DNA of 61,792 nt, from NCBI GenBank assembly GCA_023265685.1, contig JAHFSP010000005.1, forward strand, positions 1-61,792. The letters are read 5' to 3'. Position 1 is the stretch's first letter. Every line of letters begins with the position of its first letter. The position numbers and the translations under genes were made by a program. The notes below the pieces were generated by a model. That model ran no database searches. It saw nothing but the letters and a program-made list of their open reading frames with translations, and was not told where the DNA came from. The stretch is from Candidatus Woesearchaeota archaeon. GTDB taxonomy: Archaea; Nanobdellota; Nanobdellia; Woesearchaeales; GW2011-AR9. This document shows, piece after piece, positions 49,339 to 59,956 of this stretch.

Positions 49339-49340
49339 CA

Positions 49341-49400
49341 CTCAAATTCTCAAGTCCCAAATTCTTAACTCTCAAATCTTTAAATCCAGAATTCTTAAAA
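49341..49400. repeat. Imperfect 15-bp tandem repeat x4
   Basis: CTCAAATTCTCAAGT / CCCAAATTCTTAACT / CTCAAATCTTTAAAT / CCAGAATTCTTAAAA. Confidence 0.6.
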
Positions 49401-49448
49401 CTAAAGTTAATAGGTAAGCTTTTTATTCTCTCTTCTTTTTCACATCCC

Positions 49449-50222
49449 ATGCCCAAAACAAAACCCCTCATCATCATCGCTGGACCCTGCTCCATTGAAT
49501 CAGAAAAACAATTTCTCACTATTGCCAAAGCCGTCAAAGCAGCAGGTGCTACCCACATTCGCGGCGGTGCATTCAAACCCAGAACCGAACCTACCGCATT
49601 CCAAGGTCATGGTCATGACGTACTACACCTGCTCGACAAAGCAAACCAACTCACCAAACTTCCCGTCGTCACCGAAATTCTCGATACCGAAGACATTGAA
49701 CAAGTCGCCCAACATACTGACATTCTTCAGATAGGCACTCGCAATATGCACAACACTGCTTTACTCAAAAAGATCGCTCAACGCACACCGCAAAAAACCA
49801 TTCTTCTCAAACGAGGTTTCGCCGCAACCAAAAAAGAACTTCTTGGTGCCATTGGCTATCTTCATCATCACGGCCACAAAGGTCAAATTATTGTTTGTGA
49901 ACGTGGCATACGTACCTTTGCCGACGGAGAATACAGTCGATTTACCCTCGATGTCAACTTCATCGCTGCCTGCAAAAAAGATCCGAAATTTCATTACCCC
50001 ATTATTGTAGACCCCTCTCATCCCGCAGGAAAAGCAGAATTAGTCGAATCACTCGCCTATGCGGGCATTGCTGCCGGAGCCGATGGCATAATTATCGAAG
50101 TGAGCATGAGCCCATTCATCGAAGTTGCCAAATCAGACAAAGACCAGCAAATAACTCCCGCCACACTCAAACGAATTATTCAGAATGCAAATAAGATACA
50201 TAAAATAGCAAACAAGAAATAA
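49449..50222 (+). CDS. aroF: DAHP synthase type I-beta (no regulatory domain)
   Basis: [48 protein letters not shown]. Confidence 0.92.
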   Translation: MPKTKPLIIIAGPCSIESEKQFLTIAKAVKAAGATHIRGGAFKPRTEPTAFQGHGHDVLHLLDKANQLTKLPVVTEILDTEDIEQVAQHTDILQIGTRNMHNTALLKKIAQRTPQKTILLKRGFAATKKELLGAIGYLHHHGHKGQIIVCERGIRTFADGEYSRFTLDVNFIAACKKDPKFHYPIIVDPSHPAGKAELVESLAYAGIAAGADGIIIEVSMSPFIEVAKSDKDQQITPATLKRIIQNANKIHKIANKK

Positions 50223-50298
50223 AATAGTAAAACCGTAAACCAGAAGAAACGCAATTAAGAACCCACCCAAAGCGCATCCCTTACTTAAAGCACGCCCC

Positions 50299-52194
50299 TC
50301 ACTCAAAATACATCTTCTTCACATCTTTAACCTTCTGTACCCGACGAATCATATCCTTCAACTCTTCAATATCACGCGGCACAACGAGAAACGAACAGAC
50401 TGCGTGTCCTTCATTAAGCATCTTTGCTTTTGCCTCTTTAATCTCAAACCCAGCTCGTGCAATCGTGTGTAATAAATCAGCCAACAACCCACTCCTTTCC
50501 GTAGACTCTACAAAGAACCGAATTTTTTGATTAAATTCTTTTTTCCAATTAACATTTACCCAACGTTCTTCCTCTTTAAGAGCATCACGGCAATCTGGAC
50601 GATGAACCGACACGACGCGACGTTTATTCACAATTCCCACAATTTCCTGTCCCGGAAGAGCCACACAACAGCGCGCCAAGATACACGTAGCGTTTGGAAA
50701 CTGCGAAGATTCAACTAATACACCCTCTCCTTCTGCAATAAGCGGTTTAAGAGGACGAAAGTGCAACGGTGCAATTGTTTCATATTCCTTAAGCGCCTTA
50801 CGAATTTTTTGACGAGATTTTGCCGACGTGACAATCTTGAGCCAAGCCCGACGTGGACGCTGATTTTTCGCCGTTAATATTTCAATAACATCACCTGAAA
50901 GCAAAACACGTTTGAGCGGCACAAACTTTCCATTAACCCTTCCGCCAATAGTCGTGTTACCAATATGCTCATGAACTTGATACGCAAAATCAAGTAATGT
51001 AGCACCTGTAGGCAATTCTTTTACATCCCCTTTAGGCGTATAACAATGAATCTTATCTCCAAACAAATCAACTTTCACACTCTCCATGAAATTCTTTCCT
51101 TCATCAGAACGTTGAAGATCCAACACACTCTTAAGCCAGCCCACCTTTTTCTCAAATAACGGATCAGACCTACTCCCTTTATACTTCCAATGTGCCGCAA
51201 TTCCTTCTTCTGCAAACTCATTCATTTCAGGCGTACGAATCTGTACCTCAATAACATCCCCATTAGGCAACCGCAACCCCGTATGAATAGATTGATACAA
51301 ATTCATCTTTGGCGCAGAGATATAATCTTTAAGACGACCTTCAATAGGTTCGAAATTTTCGTGAAGTAACCCCAGCAACGCATAACAATCTTTTTCACCT
51401 TCAACTAAGACTCGAATACCTAACAGGTCATGTTGCTCATGAAGAGGCACTCGTCGTGTAATAATTTTACGATAAATACTATACACATTCTTAGGACGGC
51501 CCTTTATCGAAACCACCGTCACCTTTCCTAACGCAAGACGCTTAATCTGATCTATTGCCAAACTTATTTTACGTTCTCGTTGTTCACGCGACTCTTCAAG
51601 AAAATGTGAAATCTCCTGATACTTACGTTGATTCACAATACTAAACGCTAAATCTTCAAGTTGACTACGCATACGTTCCAGTGCCAGCCGTGATGCCAAC
51701 GGAGCATACACATCAAGAACCTCTTGTGCAATACGTTTCTGATCTTTCACACCTAACGCATGTATTGTTCGCAAATTATCCAACTTGCTCGCCAGTTTAA
51801 TGATGATAACCCGCACATCTTTAAGTGTCGTTAACAACAATTTACGCAACGCATCAGCTTCCAATTTTACATTCTTCGTCTTAATGGTTGCAAGATCATC
51901 AAGACCACGTAATAACGCAACAACTTCCTCGCCAAAAACAGTTTGAACCTCATGACTACCCGTAATCCGCAACACTCCTTGTAAAATCCCTGCCACAATC
52001 AATTCTGGTTGTGCGTTATTTTCTAGCAGAATTTCAGCCACACGACGATTATGATCAAACACACTATCTCCACCCAGACGCTTCACCACACCCAATAATC
52101 TCTCAGAAAGATCTAACGCCTGGGCAAACCGCCCGCAATGAAGCGCAGTATAGCCTGCTTTCTTACATCCAGACAAAAACAAAGAATGATCCAT
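50299..52194 (-). CDS. rel: Long RelA/SpoT homologue (degenerate HD, synthetase, TGS, Zn-finger, ACT)
   Basis: YAPLASRL, GRPKNVYSIYRK, DLLGIRV, RLKDYI..PK.N.YQSIHT, EVQIRT, AAHWKYK, TPKGDV..LP.GAT.LDFAY.VH, ARCC..LPG.EIVG, VHR.DC, R.GLLADL. Confidence 0.95.
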   Translation of the reverse strand: MDHSLFLSGCKKAGYTALHCGRFAQALDLSERLLGVVKRLGGDSVFDHNRRVAEILLENNAQPELIVAGILQGVLRITGSHEVQTVFGEEVVALLRGLDDLATIKTKNVKLEADALRKLLLTTLKDVRVIIIKLASKLDNLRTIHALGVKDQKRIAQEVLDVYAPLASRLALERMRSQLEDLAFSIVNQRKYQEISHFLEESREQRERKISLAIDQIKRLALGKVTVVSIKGRPKNVYSIYRKIITRRVPLHEQHDLLGIRVLVEGEKDCYALLGLLHENFEPIEGRLKDYISAPKMNLYQSIHTGLRLPNGDVIEVQIRTPEMNEFAEEGIAAHWKYKGSRSDPLFEKKVGWLKSVLDLQRSDEGKNFMESVKVDLFGDKIHCYTPKGDVKELPTGATLLDFAYQVHEHIGNTTIGGRVNGKFVPLKRVLLSGDVIEILTAKNQRPRRAWLKIVTSAKSRQKIRKALKEYETIAPLHFRPLKPLIAEGEGVLVESSQFPNATCILARCCVALPGQEIVGIVNKRRVVSVHRPDCRDALKEEERWVNVNWKKEFNQKIRFFVESTERSGLLADLLHTIARAGFEIKEAKAKMLNEGHAVCSFLVVPRDIEELKDMIRRVQKVKDVKKMYFE

Positions 52195-52257
52195 AACCCT
52201 AGGAGAGGTACACTAGAATAAAAAGGTTAGGGAAGCAAGTCTTATAATGTGCTAAAC

Positions 52258-53523
52258 TCAAAACCGAACCAACTCAATCTCCATCAATCGATTATACTTC
52301 GCGACTCTCTCCCCACGTGCAGGTGCTCCCGCTTTAATCTGCCCACATCCAAGTGCAACAGCTAAATCCGCAATAAAAGTATCCATCGTCTCTCCTGAGC
52401 GATGCGACACCATCACATTCAAACCATGTGAAAACATCAACTCAGCAGCATCCAGAGCCTCACTCACCGTTCCGATCTGATTTACTTTAAGCAACAAACA
52501 TGAAATACTTCCCCTCTCCAAAGCTCTTCCAACTCGTTCAACATTCGTAACAGTAAGATCATCTCCCACAATCTGAACTTTTGTACCCATTTGAGAACGA
52601 AGTAACGCAAAAGACGCAAAGTCCTCTTGCTCAAACGCATCTTCTATAGAAACAAGAGGATATTTCTTCACAAGACCAACATATAACCTAAGTAATTCTT
52701 CCTTACTCAACTTCTTTCCATCAACAGTATATTTTCCACTTTTGGAATCATAAAACTCAGACGCAGCACAATCTAACGCCAGATCTACCTTCCCTTTATA
52801 GCCAGCATCATGAATCGCTCTCATCAACATCTCCAACGCCTCATGTATCGATTTCATTGGCGGAGCAAATCCTCCCTCATCACCAACATTCGTCGCATTT
52901 GAGCCATACGTACGATGTAAATTTCTTTTCAAAACATGATACACTTCACTTGCTACTCGCAGATTCTCCGAAAACGTTTTCATACGAGGAACTATCATAA
53001 ATTCCTGAAACGCCAACGAATTATCAGCATGTTTTCCACCATTAACAACGTTAAAATACGCACGAGGGAGCACCATTTTTCTCTTACCACGTGCCTTACC
53101 ACCAATTTTCTCACCAACCAACTCATTCAAATACGCAAACAATTCAACCTTTTTCTCATCAGCAGCCACCCGACAACACGCAAGCGACACCGCAAGAATC
53201 GCATTCGCTCCTAATCTCTTCTTACTTTTCGTCCCATCCAGTAAACATAATAATCGATCAATTTCTCGTTGATCACAACAATCTTTCCCTTTCAAAGACC
53301 GTGCAATAATTGTATTTACATGGCCAACCGCTTTCAAAACACCATTACCACCATACCGTTTTCCACCATCACGCAACTCCATTGCCTCATGAACGCCGGT
53401 ACTCGCACCTGATGGTACACTCGCAACCCCTCTTCCCTTAGAAGAAACAACCGTAGCCTCAATTGTAGGATTGCCTCGGCTATCCAGAATCTCACGTGCA
53501 GTAATACTAACTATTTTTGCCAT
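52258..53523 (-). CDS. eno: Enolase
   Basis: ILDSRGNPT, PSGASTG..EA, GDEGGFAP, LLKVNQIG, SHRSGET, KYNRL. Confidence 0.98.
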   Translation of the reverse strand: MAKIVSITAREILDSRGNPTIEATVVSSKGRGVASVPSGASTGVHEAMELRDGGKRYGGNGVLKAVGHVNTIIARSLKGKDCCDQREIDRLLCLLDGTKSKKRLGANAILAVSLACCRVAADEKKVELFAYLNELVGEKIGGKARGKRKMVLPRAYFNVVNGGKHADNSLAFQEFMIVPRMKTFSENLRVASEVYHVLKRNLHRTYGSNATNVGDEGGFAPPMKSIHEALEMLMRAIHDAGYKGKVDLALDCAASEFYDSKSGKYTVDGKKLSKEELLRLYVGLVKKYPLVSIEDAFEQEDFASFALLRSQMGTKVQIVGDDLTVTNVERVGRALERGSISCLLLKVNQIGTVSEALDAAELMFSHGLNVMVSHRSGETMDTFIADLAVALGCGQIKAGAPARGERVAKYNRLMEIELVRF

Positions 53524-53611
53524 TTGTGTAATCTCAGAAAGAATTTTAACTTAAAGAATGTTTCGATTACAATAAGAAAGACATTTATATCTTTAAAGCA
53601 TATCACTACCC

Positions 53612-54271
53612 GTGGACACCTTCATCCAACTCAACAAAAAACATAGTAAAATTCCAAAACAGTTCCAAACAGATGATAACCGGTTCTCAGAATCATTTGT
53701 AGAATATATTCTCAAAAATTACACCAAAAAAACAGCGTTAATTATTGATCCTTTTGCAGGCCTAGGAACTACTCTTAAAGTATCAGAAAAGATGAATCAT
53801 ACGGCCTATGGTTTTGAAATAGACTATTCTCGCTACCAATACATCAAAAAACAACTCCAACATCCAAAAAATATCATCCATGACAGTGCTTTCAATCTAA
53901 ACAAACACCCTCTCCCCAAATTTGACCTTTGCCTAACCTCGCCGCCCTATATGCATAAAGATTATCATCGAAATCCTCTACGTAAAGAAACAAAAGGGGA
54001 TTATCAACAATATCTTGATGATCTTCTCAAAATCTACAGAAAAATAAAACCCCAGATGAAACAAAACTCGTACATCATTATTGAAGCTTCTAATCTTAAA
54101 GGAAAATATGTAACTACATTAGCTTGGGACATAACTCAAAAAATTTCTAAGATCTTCGATTTTGAAGGAGAAACTGTAATTCATTGGAAGAATCAGAAAG
54201 CCAAATCACAAAAAGGAACCTACGGGTACGGATACGACATCAGTTACTGTCTTGTTTTCAGAAAAAAATAA
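53612..54271 (+). CDS. Amino-type (N4/N6) methyltransferase, orphan
   Basis: IIDPFAGLGTT motif I followed by TSPPY motif IV; substrate (DNA or RNA) not determinable. Confidence 0.8.
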   Translation: MDTFIQLNKKHSKIPKQFQTDDNRFSESFVEYILKNYTKKTALIIDPFAGLGTTLKVSEKMNHTAYGFEIDYSRYQYIKKQLQHPKNIIHDSAFNLNKHPLPKFDLCLTSPPYMHKDYHRNPLRKETKGDYQQYLDDLLKIYRKIKPQMKQNSYIIIEASNLKGKYVTTLAWDITQKISKIFDFEGETVIHWKNQKAKSQKGTYGYGYDISYCLVFRKK

Positions 54272-54319
54272 TTCTAAACTGGCCTACTCATTAATCTTTC
54301 CATTTAATCCTTTCCCTAC

Positions 54320-55084
54320 CTACCCTTCTTTTGCATCCGGCATTACATACGTCAATACCAAAGGTTTTCGAGTCACATCAATACTTGCGACAACCAACGC
54401 CTCCACACCAGTCTCGACAGAAACGGCTTCCTTAACCTTACCCACATTCTGCCATTCAGGTAGATCACTCATCTTCATCTCTAACATAGAAACTAAACGT
54501 AAACTCTTAATATGTGCGGTAGAGCCCATAATCTTAGTATGGGAAGATTTCTGTAAATATCGTACAATATCCCACAAATTTTTAGAGGAGGTCATCCAAT
54601 TATACTTATCAAACCGAGTTAAATCAACGATTTTATACGCCCGAAGCCTCTTCTTACGATCTTCACTTGTGAAATATTCATGAAAATATGACATCACTAA
54701 CTCCCGAACACTCTTGTAAACAGGATCTCGATAGCGTAACACCGAATGATTCGTCTTTGAAATAGCACCCCATCGTCCATGTTGTTGAAAAAGAGCAACG
54801 ACGTGATCAGTATCACCTTTTGTTTCAAGATCAAGAAGTAATGGTCGCTGTCCATAAAATCGTAAAATAGCCGCTGCCACCAGTGCCGCTTCAAAACAAT
54901 GAGCATGATTTCTTTCTAACGTTGCCTTCGCAGACATATACGTCTCACCATGGTTTTCAAAATTAATAGGAAGCAAATCCAAATAATCCTGAATTTTTTG
55001 GGGTGTATTAAGCCGTTTGAAAAGTGAGATTTGCTCTTTTGTAAACTCTTTTTTAAAATCAAAGTCGATTTTCATTTCAGACAT
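54320..55084 (-). CDS. Conserved hypothetical protein, transglutaminase-like Cys/His
   Basis: TP.KIQDYL, AHCFEAAL.AA, DHVVALF, WGAISKTNH..LRYRDPVY.S.REL.MSYFHEYF. Confidence 0.78.
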   Translation of the reverse strand: MSEMKIDFDFKKEFTKEQISLFKRLNTPQKIQDYLDLLPINFENHGETYMSAKATLERNHAHCFEAALVAAAILRFYGQRPLLLDLETKGDTDHVVALFQQHGRWGAISKTNHSVLRYRDPVYKSVRELVMSYFHEYFTSEDRKKRLRAYKIVDLTRFDKYNWMTSSKNLWDIVRYLQKSSHTKIMGSTAHIKSLRLVSMLEMKMSDLPEWQNVGKVKEAVSVETGVEALVVASIDVTRKPLVLTYVMPDAKEG

Positions 55085-55306
55085 CTCATGTTGTAATTAA
55101 TAGGAATATAAAAACGTTTTCATTTTGTAAAAAGTCTAAAAACTAAAGAGAAACTAATAAAAAAATTAAAAATACATTTTTTATCGACGGGAATATCAAT
55201 AAAATAATAACTAATTTAAAAATTCAAAACGAAAATCAAAAACTAAAAATAAAATTCTCATCAATCACCACAATTCATATAAACCTACTAAACTAAAAAT
55301 AAATGT

Positions 55307-57712
55307 ATGCAATTAAATTACATCACGCTCCACAACATTCGTTCATACCAGAATCAAACGATTCCATTTAGTGAAGGCATAACTCTATTAGCTGGTGATA
55401 TTGGTGTTGGAAAATCAACCATTCTTCTTGCCATCGAATTTGCTCTTTTTGGCAGCTCACGTACCGAACTACCTGCAGAACTTCTCTTACGTAAGGGTAC
55501 TACGCAAGGCTATGTTGAACTCTGTTTTCTCATTAATAATCAAGAAATAATTGTACGTCGTGGTCTCAAAAAAGAAAACGACACCATTAAACAACTTGCA
55601 GGTCACATTATCAAAAACGGCGTCAAAAAAGACCTCATGCCCGTAGAACTTAAATCCGAACTTCTGACATTATTAGGCTACCCCTCTGAAATCCTTAGTA
55701 AAAACAAAAATTACATCTACCGTTATACCGTGTATACACCCCAAGAAGAAATGAAACACATCCTTGAACAAGATGCAGAAAGTCGGCTTGACGTCTTGAG
55801 AAAAATTTTCAATCTTGACAAGTACAAAACAATTCGTGAAAATACTGCAATATATTGTAAAAATCTACGAAATGAGATCACCATCAGTAAAACAAAGTGC
55901 GAACCCCTTCCAAACCATCTCAAAACACAAGAACAGCTTCAACAACAAAGAGAAAGTAAAGAACAAGAGATCGCTGTTCTTCAACCCCAATACGAACTTG
56001 CAGCTCAAGAACACAAAACCTGCCGCACTCTCAGAGAAAATCTCCAAAAAGACCAAATAAAAGCAACCCTGATTCAACAACGCAAAGCCTCATGTGAAGC
56101 CGTACTCCAACAACAACAACGCCAGCACCAACAACTCACACAACAACACCAACACCTCACCCAAAAACTCCTTATCCTTCCTCCTCAAACCCAAAACCTA
56201 CAAGAACGTAAAATCGAAATAACTAATCTTGAACAAGAACAACAACAGCATAATAGCAAAATTGCCTCCCTTCAACAACTCTCGCAACAACTCCACAAAC
56301 AAATTACCCAACTCCATACACAAACTCACCAGTTTGAATCACAAATCGCTACTTTTACTCAAAAAGAACAAGAAAAAGTCCGTATTGAACAAGAACTTGC
56401 GAAAACCATCAATCTTAACCAAGAATTAGAAATCAGCAACCGCACTCTTAACGAAGTAACAGCCATCATTGTCACACAACAAACTTTGCTTACTCAAAGC
56501 CAAAACATCGAGAGAAATTTCCAACAACTCGCCACCTGTCCCACATGCCTACAAGAGGTATCATCAGAATATAAACACTCTATCCTCAATACTCAACACC
56601 AAACACAGCATGAAATTGTAACCATTCTTACTCACAAAAAACAAGAAGAAACTACTCTACTCACCCAGCAGCGCTCTCTTCAACAACAACAAGAACAACG
56701 ACGAAAATATGAACAACAACACGTCCAACTCCACACCGAGCTTCTCTCTCTTATCGAAAAGAAAACTCAACATCAGCAATTACGTACTCACATTCAAACA
56801 CTCTCCATCGAACACAACGCCACTCTCAAAGAATTGGCAACTATAAACAACCCAGAAAAAATTACCCAACTCCAACAACGCCTCATTCATCTTCACACCA
56901 CCATCGAAAAAGAACGAGAACGACAACTCCTACAAGAACAACAACTCCAGATCACTAAAAGTATCCATCAACTTGAAGAAGAGATAGAAAAAAATCGCCA
57001 AATTCTCCAAAAAGAAGAAACAGAATTCTCAAAATACTCCGCAATCGCCCAAAAACTCCAAGACTGCCTACATCAAGAAGAAATTCTCCAAATCAAACTA
57101 AACACTAAAGCACTACAAAAAGTAAAAGGAGAAACAGAGCATACGGCCATCCTAACCACCCAAAAAGAGCTCAATAAAATAATTACCCAACTCGAAAAAG
57201 AAAAACAACATCTTCTCCACATTCAACAGCTTAATATGTGGCTTGAGGATCACTTCATGGCTCTCACCTTGACTATTGAAAAACATGTAATGGTCACCAT
57301 TCATCAACTTTTCAATGAACTATTTCGAGATTGGTTTGGCTTACTCATGCAAGACGATACTATTAATGCACGAATTGATGACACGTTTAACCCCATTATT
57401 GAACAAAATGGCCATGAGATATCATTTAGTAACCTCAGTGGCGGAGAAAAAACCTCTTGTGCCCTTGCATATCGACTTGCTCTTAACCGAGTCATAAACG
57501 ACGTCATTCACGAAGTCAAAACCAAAGACCTCCTCATTCTTGACGAACCAACTGATGGTTTTAGTTCAGAACAACTAGATCGTGTGCGCGACGTTCTTGA
57601 AAAATTGAATCTCAAACAGATTATTATAGTATCACATGAAGCCAAAATCGAAAGTTTCGTCGACCACATCATTCGCATCAAAAAAGACAGCCATATCAGT
57701 GAGGTGTGGTAG
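55307..57712 (+). CDS. rad50: Rad50/SbcC-like SMC-family ATPase
   Basis: L.NIRSY, GDIGVGKST, YTPQ Q-loop, CPTC zinc hook, LSGGE, LILDEPT, VSH. Confidence 0.88.
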   Translation: MQLNYITLHNIRSYQNQTIPFSEGITLLAGDIGVGKSTILLAIEFALFGSSRTELPAELLLRKGTTQGYVELCFLINNQEIIVRRGLKKENDTIKQLAGHIIKNGVKKDLMPVELKSELLTLLGYPSEILSKNKNYIYRYTVYTPQEEMKHILEQDAESRLDVLRKIFNLDKYKTIRENTAIYCKNLRNEITISKTKCEPLPNHLKTQEQLQQQRESKEQEIAVLQPQYELAAQEHKTCRTLRENLQKDQIKATLIQQRKASCEAVLQQQQRQHQQLTQQHQHLTQKLLILPPQTQNLQERKIEITNLEQEQQQHNSKIASLQQLSQQLHKQITQLHTQTHQFESQIATFTQKEQEKVRIEQELAKTINLNQELEISNRTLNEVTAIIVTQQTLLTQSQNIERNFQQLATCPTCLQEVSSEYKHSILNTQHQTQHEIVTILTHKKQEETTLLTQQRSLQQQQEQRRKYEQQHVQLHTELLSLIEKKTQHQQLRTHIQTLSIEHNATLKELATINNPEKITQLQQRLIHLHTTIEKERERQLLQEQQLQITKSIHQLEEEIEKNRQILQKEETEFSKYSAIAQKLQDCLHQEEILQIKLNTKALQKVKGETEHTAILTTQKELNKIITQLEKEKQHLLHIQQLNMWLEDHFMALTLTIEKHVMVTIHQLFNELFRDWFGLLMQDDTINARIDDTFNPIIEQNGHEISFSNLSGGEKTSCALAYRLALNRVINDVIHEVKTKDLLILDEPTDGFSSEQLDRVRDVLEKLNLKQIIIVSHEAKIESFVDHIIRIKKDSHISEVW

Positions 57713-57850
57713 AAAAGTGATATTGTAACCAGTTATCAGCCTCTATACCGGATTATCAATCTCAATCCCCAATCTAAAGCTTCTAAAAGTAATCTTAAAG
57801 TAACCTTACGCAAGGTAAGAGTTTAAATAGAAATAGAAATTTTGGAGGTC

Positions 57851-59056
57851 ATGTTTGAAGATGAAAGATTAGTCGGACTTCTAGAAGCCTATTATGAAAA
57901 ATCAGGAAGACGTCCTACCATTCGACATGGAAGTCTCCATCAAGATGGTAATTTCAGAAGAATCGTTCAAAGAGATTTACGCTCATTGGCTCAACGTGTA
58001 GATCTTGATATAAACGCACCACTTTGGACAGCATTATTAGTACAATCAGTTCAAGGTCACGCCCAACAGGGACACTGTGAATTCCAAGGACAACAGTACC
58101 CTGAAGCAACCATACCTGATATCATTCTAGCAGCAAATTTGGATTTAGATAAAATTAAAGTAGCACGCCAAAAATTAATCGATGATGTGTATAACTGGGC
58201 TAATTTGGCTCTTGAAGAAAAAAACCCACCCAGAAGACTCGTGATTGATGGTCAGCCCCTATTAGGAGCAAATTTTTTAAGAAATTATGAAGTAGAACCC
58301 ACCAATGTCCTACAAGGTATGATCCTTGCAGGATATATGGATAATTTCACAGCGAGAGAAAAAACCGTTGTAAAACACCCTTTAACTTTAAACGGTAAAA
58401 GAACTCTTGAAATTGGAGGAGGGGAAACCTATCTTGTAAACCAAAGAAATGTAATCCGATTTTTAGGAGATTACATGGGCCTGACCGAAAAAGGACACGA
58501 CAAAGAAGATATACAACTACTACGTGACGCAGAAGTAATTGTAGACAAACCTGGAAAAGGAATTTTAAGCGCCTATATTCGAAGAAAAGTAGGAGCTGGA
58601 ACTTCAGATGATATGGCTTTTGTAATTATTGGAAAACGTTACGGCATAGACGCCATGTTAGGAGCATTTGTCGTTGATGCGGTTGACACGTATGATAAAT
58701 GTACAAAATATCCTCAAGAAGGAGGCCATGATGAAAGAATAGCAGAAGTTATTCAAAATGGATGGAAAAGTACACATAAGACCTACTTGATCAGTGAAGA
58801 AGAAATTACCGATCTAATCTATTACGCAGCAAAAGGAAATACTCCCCAACTGTCTTTAAGCTCTTCACATAGACGTCTTGTACAATTACCCGGAGATCAC
58901 GTAGCCCCCACCATTGTCCTTCATGTCCAATATGTTAAAGGAGATAAACCAAAAAATTTCCCACTAGGTTTTAATCAAGTCCCCAGTGATTCTTTTTATG
59001 ACAATGCAGATTATAGGTGGAAACATTTGAGTGGAAACCTAACACCAGAAAAATAA
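57851..59056 (+). CDS. Hypothetical protein
   Basis: ORF of about 401 aa, GGAGG SD and TTTAAATA box; no recognised family. Confidence 0.75.
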   Translation: MFEDERLVGLLEAYYEKSGRRPTIRHGSLHQDGNFRRIVQRDLRSLAQRVDLDINAPLWTALLVQSVQGHAQQGHCEFQGQQYPEATIPDIILAANLDLDKIKVARQKLIDDVYNWANLALEEKNPPRRLVIDGQPLLGANFLRNYEVEPTNVLQGMILAGYMDNFTAREKTVVKHPLTLNGKRTLEIGGGETYLVNQRNVIRFLGDYMGLTEKGHDKEDIQLLRDAEVIVDKPGKGILSAYIRRKVGAGTSDDMAFVIIGKRYGIDAMLGAFVVDAVDTYDKCTKYPQEGGHDERIAEVIQNGWKSTHKTYLISEEEITDLIYYAAKGNTPQLSLSSSHRRLVQLPGDHVAPTIVLHVQYVKGDKPKNFPLGFNQVPSDSFYDNADYRWKHLSGNLTPEK

Positions 59057-59059
59057 ACC

Positions 59060-59141
59060 TATTCTTGGCCGAGGCTATCCCACCGCTTCCAACGGTCGCT
59101 TCGCAGCAAGCTGCGGGGTATTAGACCCACAAAGGGAATAA
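59060..59141. repeat. GC-rich palindromic REP/IS200-IS605-end-like element
   Basis: CTTCGCAGC-AA-GCTGCGGGG-TATT hairpin, ACCG..CGGT hairpin, outer TATTC/GAATA; GC-rich in an AT-rich spacer. Confidence 0.55.
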
Positions 59142-59218
59142 AGTGTGCGAGTTACTAACCTATTACTTACAAAACGTCTCATTAAAACTTCTTATCAAGC
59201 TACAAATTTCTTATCAAG

Positions 59219-59956
59219 CTACTTTTCCTTCTTCAAAAACTCCTCAATCATCGCAATATCTTCTTTCTTACCCAAATCCAACCAATAATCATGTATCATC
59301 AGAACTCTCATCTTCCCTCGCGCAGCCAAAACATTCACCGCATCCGTAAGTTCAATCTCCCCCCGTTGAGAAAGAGGAAGATCGCGTAATTCTACCCAAA
59401 TATCCTTCGTAAACTTGTAAATACCAGCACTTGCTAAATCTCCCATAAACTGCTGTGGCTTCTCCACGACTCTCTCTAAAAATAATTCATTCGTCTGCCC
59501 TTGCTTCATCCTAGATCCATCCCAAACTTTCAAAATCCCATATCGAGAAGGATCAGAAACCTTCTTTCCCATCATATAACAAAAATCATCACGAACATTC
59601 AATTTCTTCAAATCACGCACCGACAACAACCCATCACCACCTACCACAACAAAAGATTCTTCTCCACAAAAATACCGAGCCACTCGTAACGCATCACCAG
59701 TTCCTTTTTGCTCTTTCTGCTCAAGTAACGTTATAGTACAACGATGATCTTGAGCATACACCTGAAAAAACTCCGCTACTCTTTCCTTCTTATACCCAAC
59801 TACTACACCAAAATCAGAAAATCCCGCAGCAATCAGATGATCCAACACATAAGATAGAAACGCTCGACCACAAATCGGAATCAATACTTTGGGGATAGTA
59901 TCAGTAAGAGGAGCCAGTCGTGTCCCTCTTCCTGCCGCTAAAATAACAACTTTCAT
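59219..59956 (-). CDS. Sugar-phosphate nucleotidyltransferase (NTP_transferase)
   Basis: ILAAGRGTRL.PLT..IPK, Q.EQKGTGDA, YG, VVEKP, RGEIELTDA, WLDLG. Confidence 0.93.
   Translation of the reverse strand: MKVVILAAGRGTRLAPLTDTIPKVLIPICGRAFLSYVLDHLIAAGFSDFGVVVGYKKERVAEFFQVYAQDHRCTITLLEQKEQKGTGDALRVARYFCGEESFVVVGGDGLLSVRDLKKLNVRDDFCYMMGKKVSDPSRYGILKVWDGSRMKQGQTNELFLERVVEKPQQFMGDLASAGIYKFTKDIWVELRDLPLSQRGEIELTDAVNVLAARGKMRVLMIHDYWLDLGKKEDIAMIEEFLKKEK

Noticed and set aside
35374-57712. ScpA and the SMC-like ATPase as a Wadjet or condensin operon
   Set aside because: They are about 19 kb apart, and the ATPase has a CPTC zinc hook (Rad50 type), not an SMC hinge.
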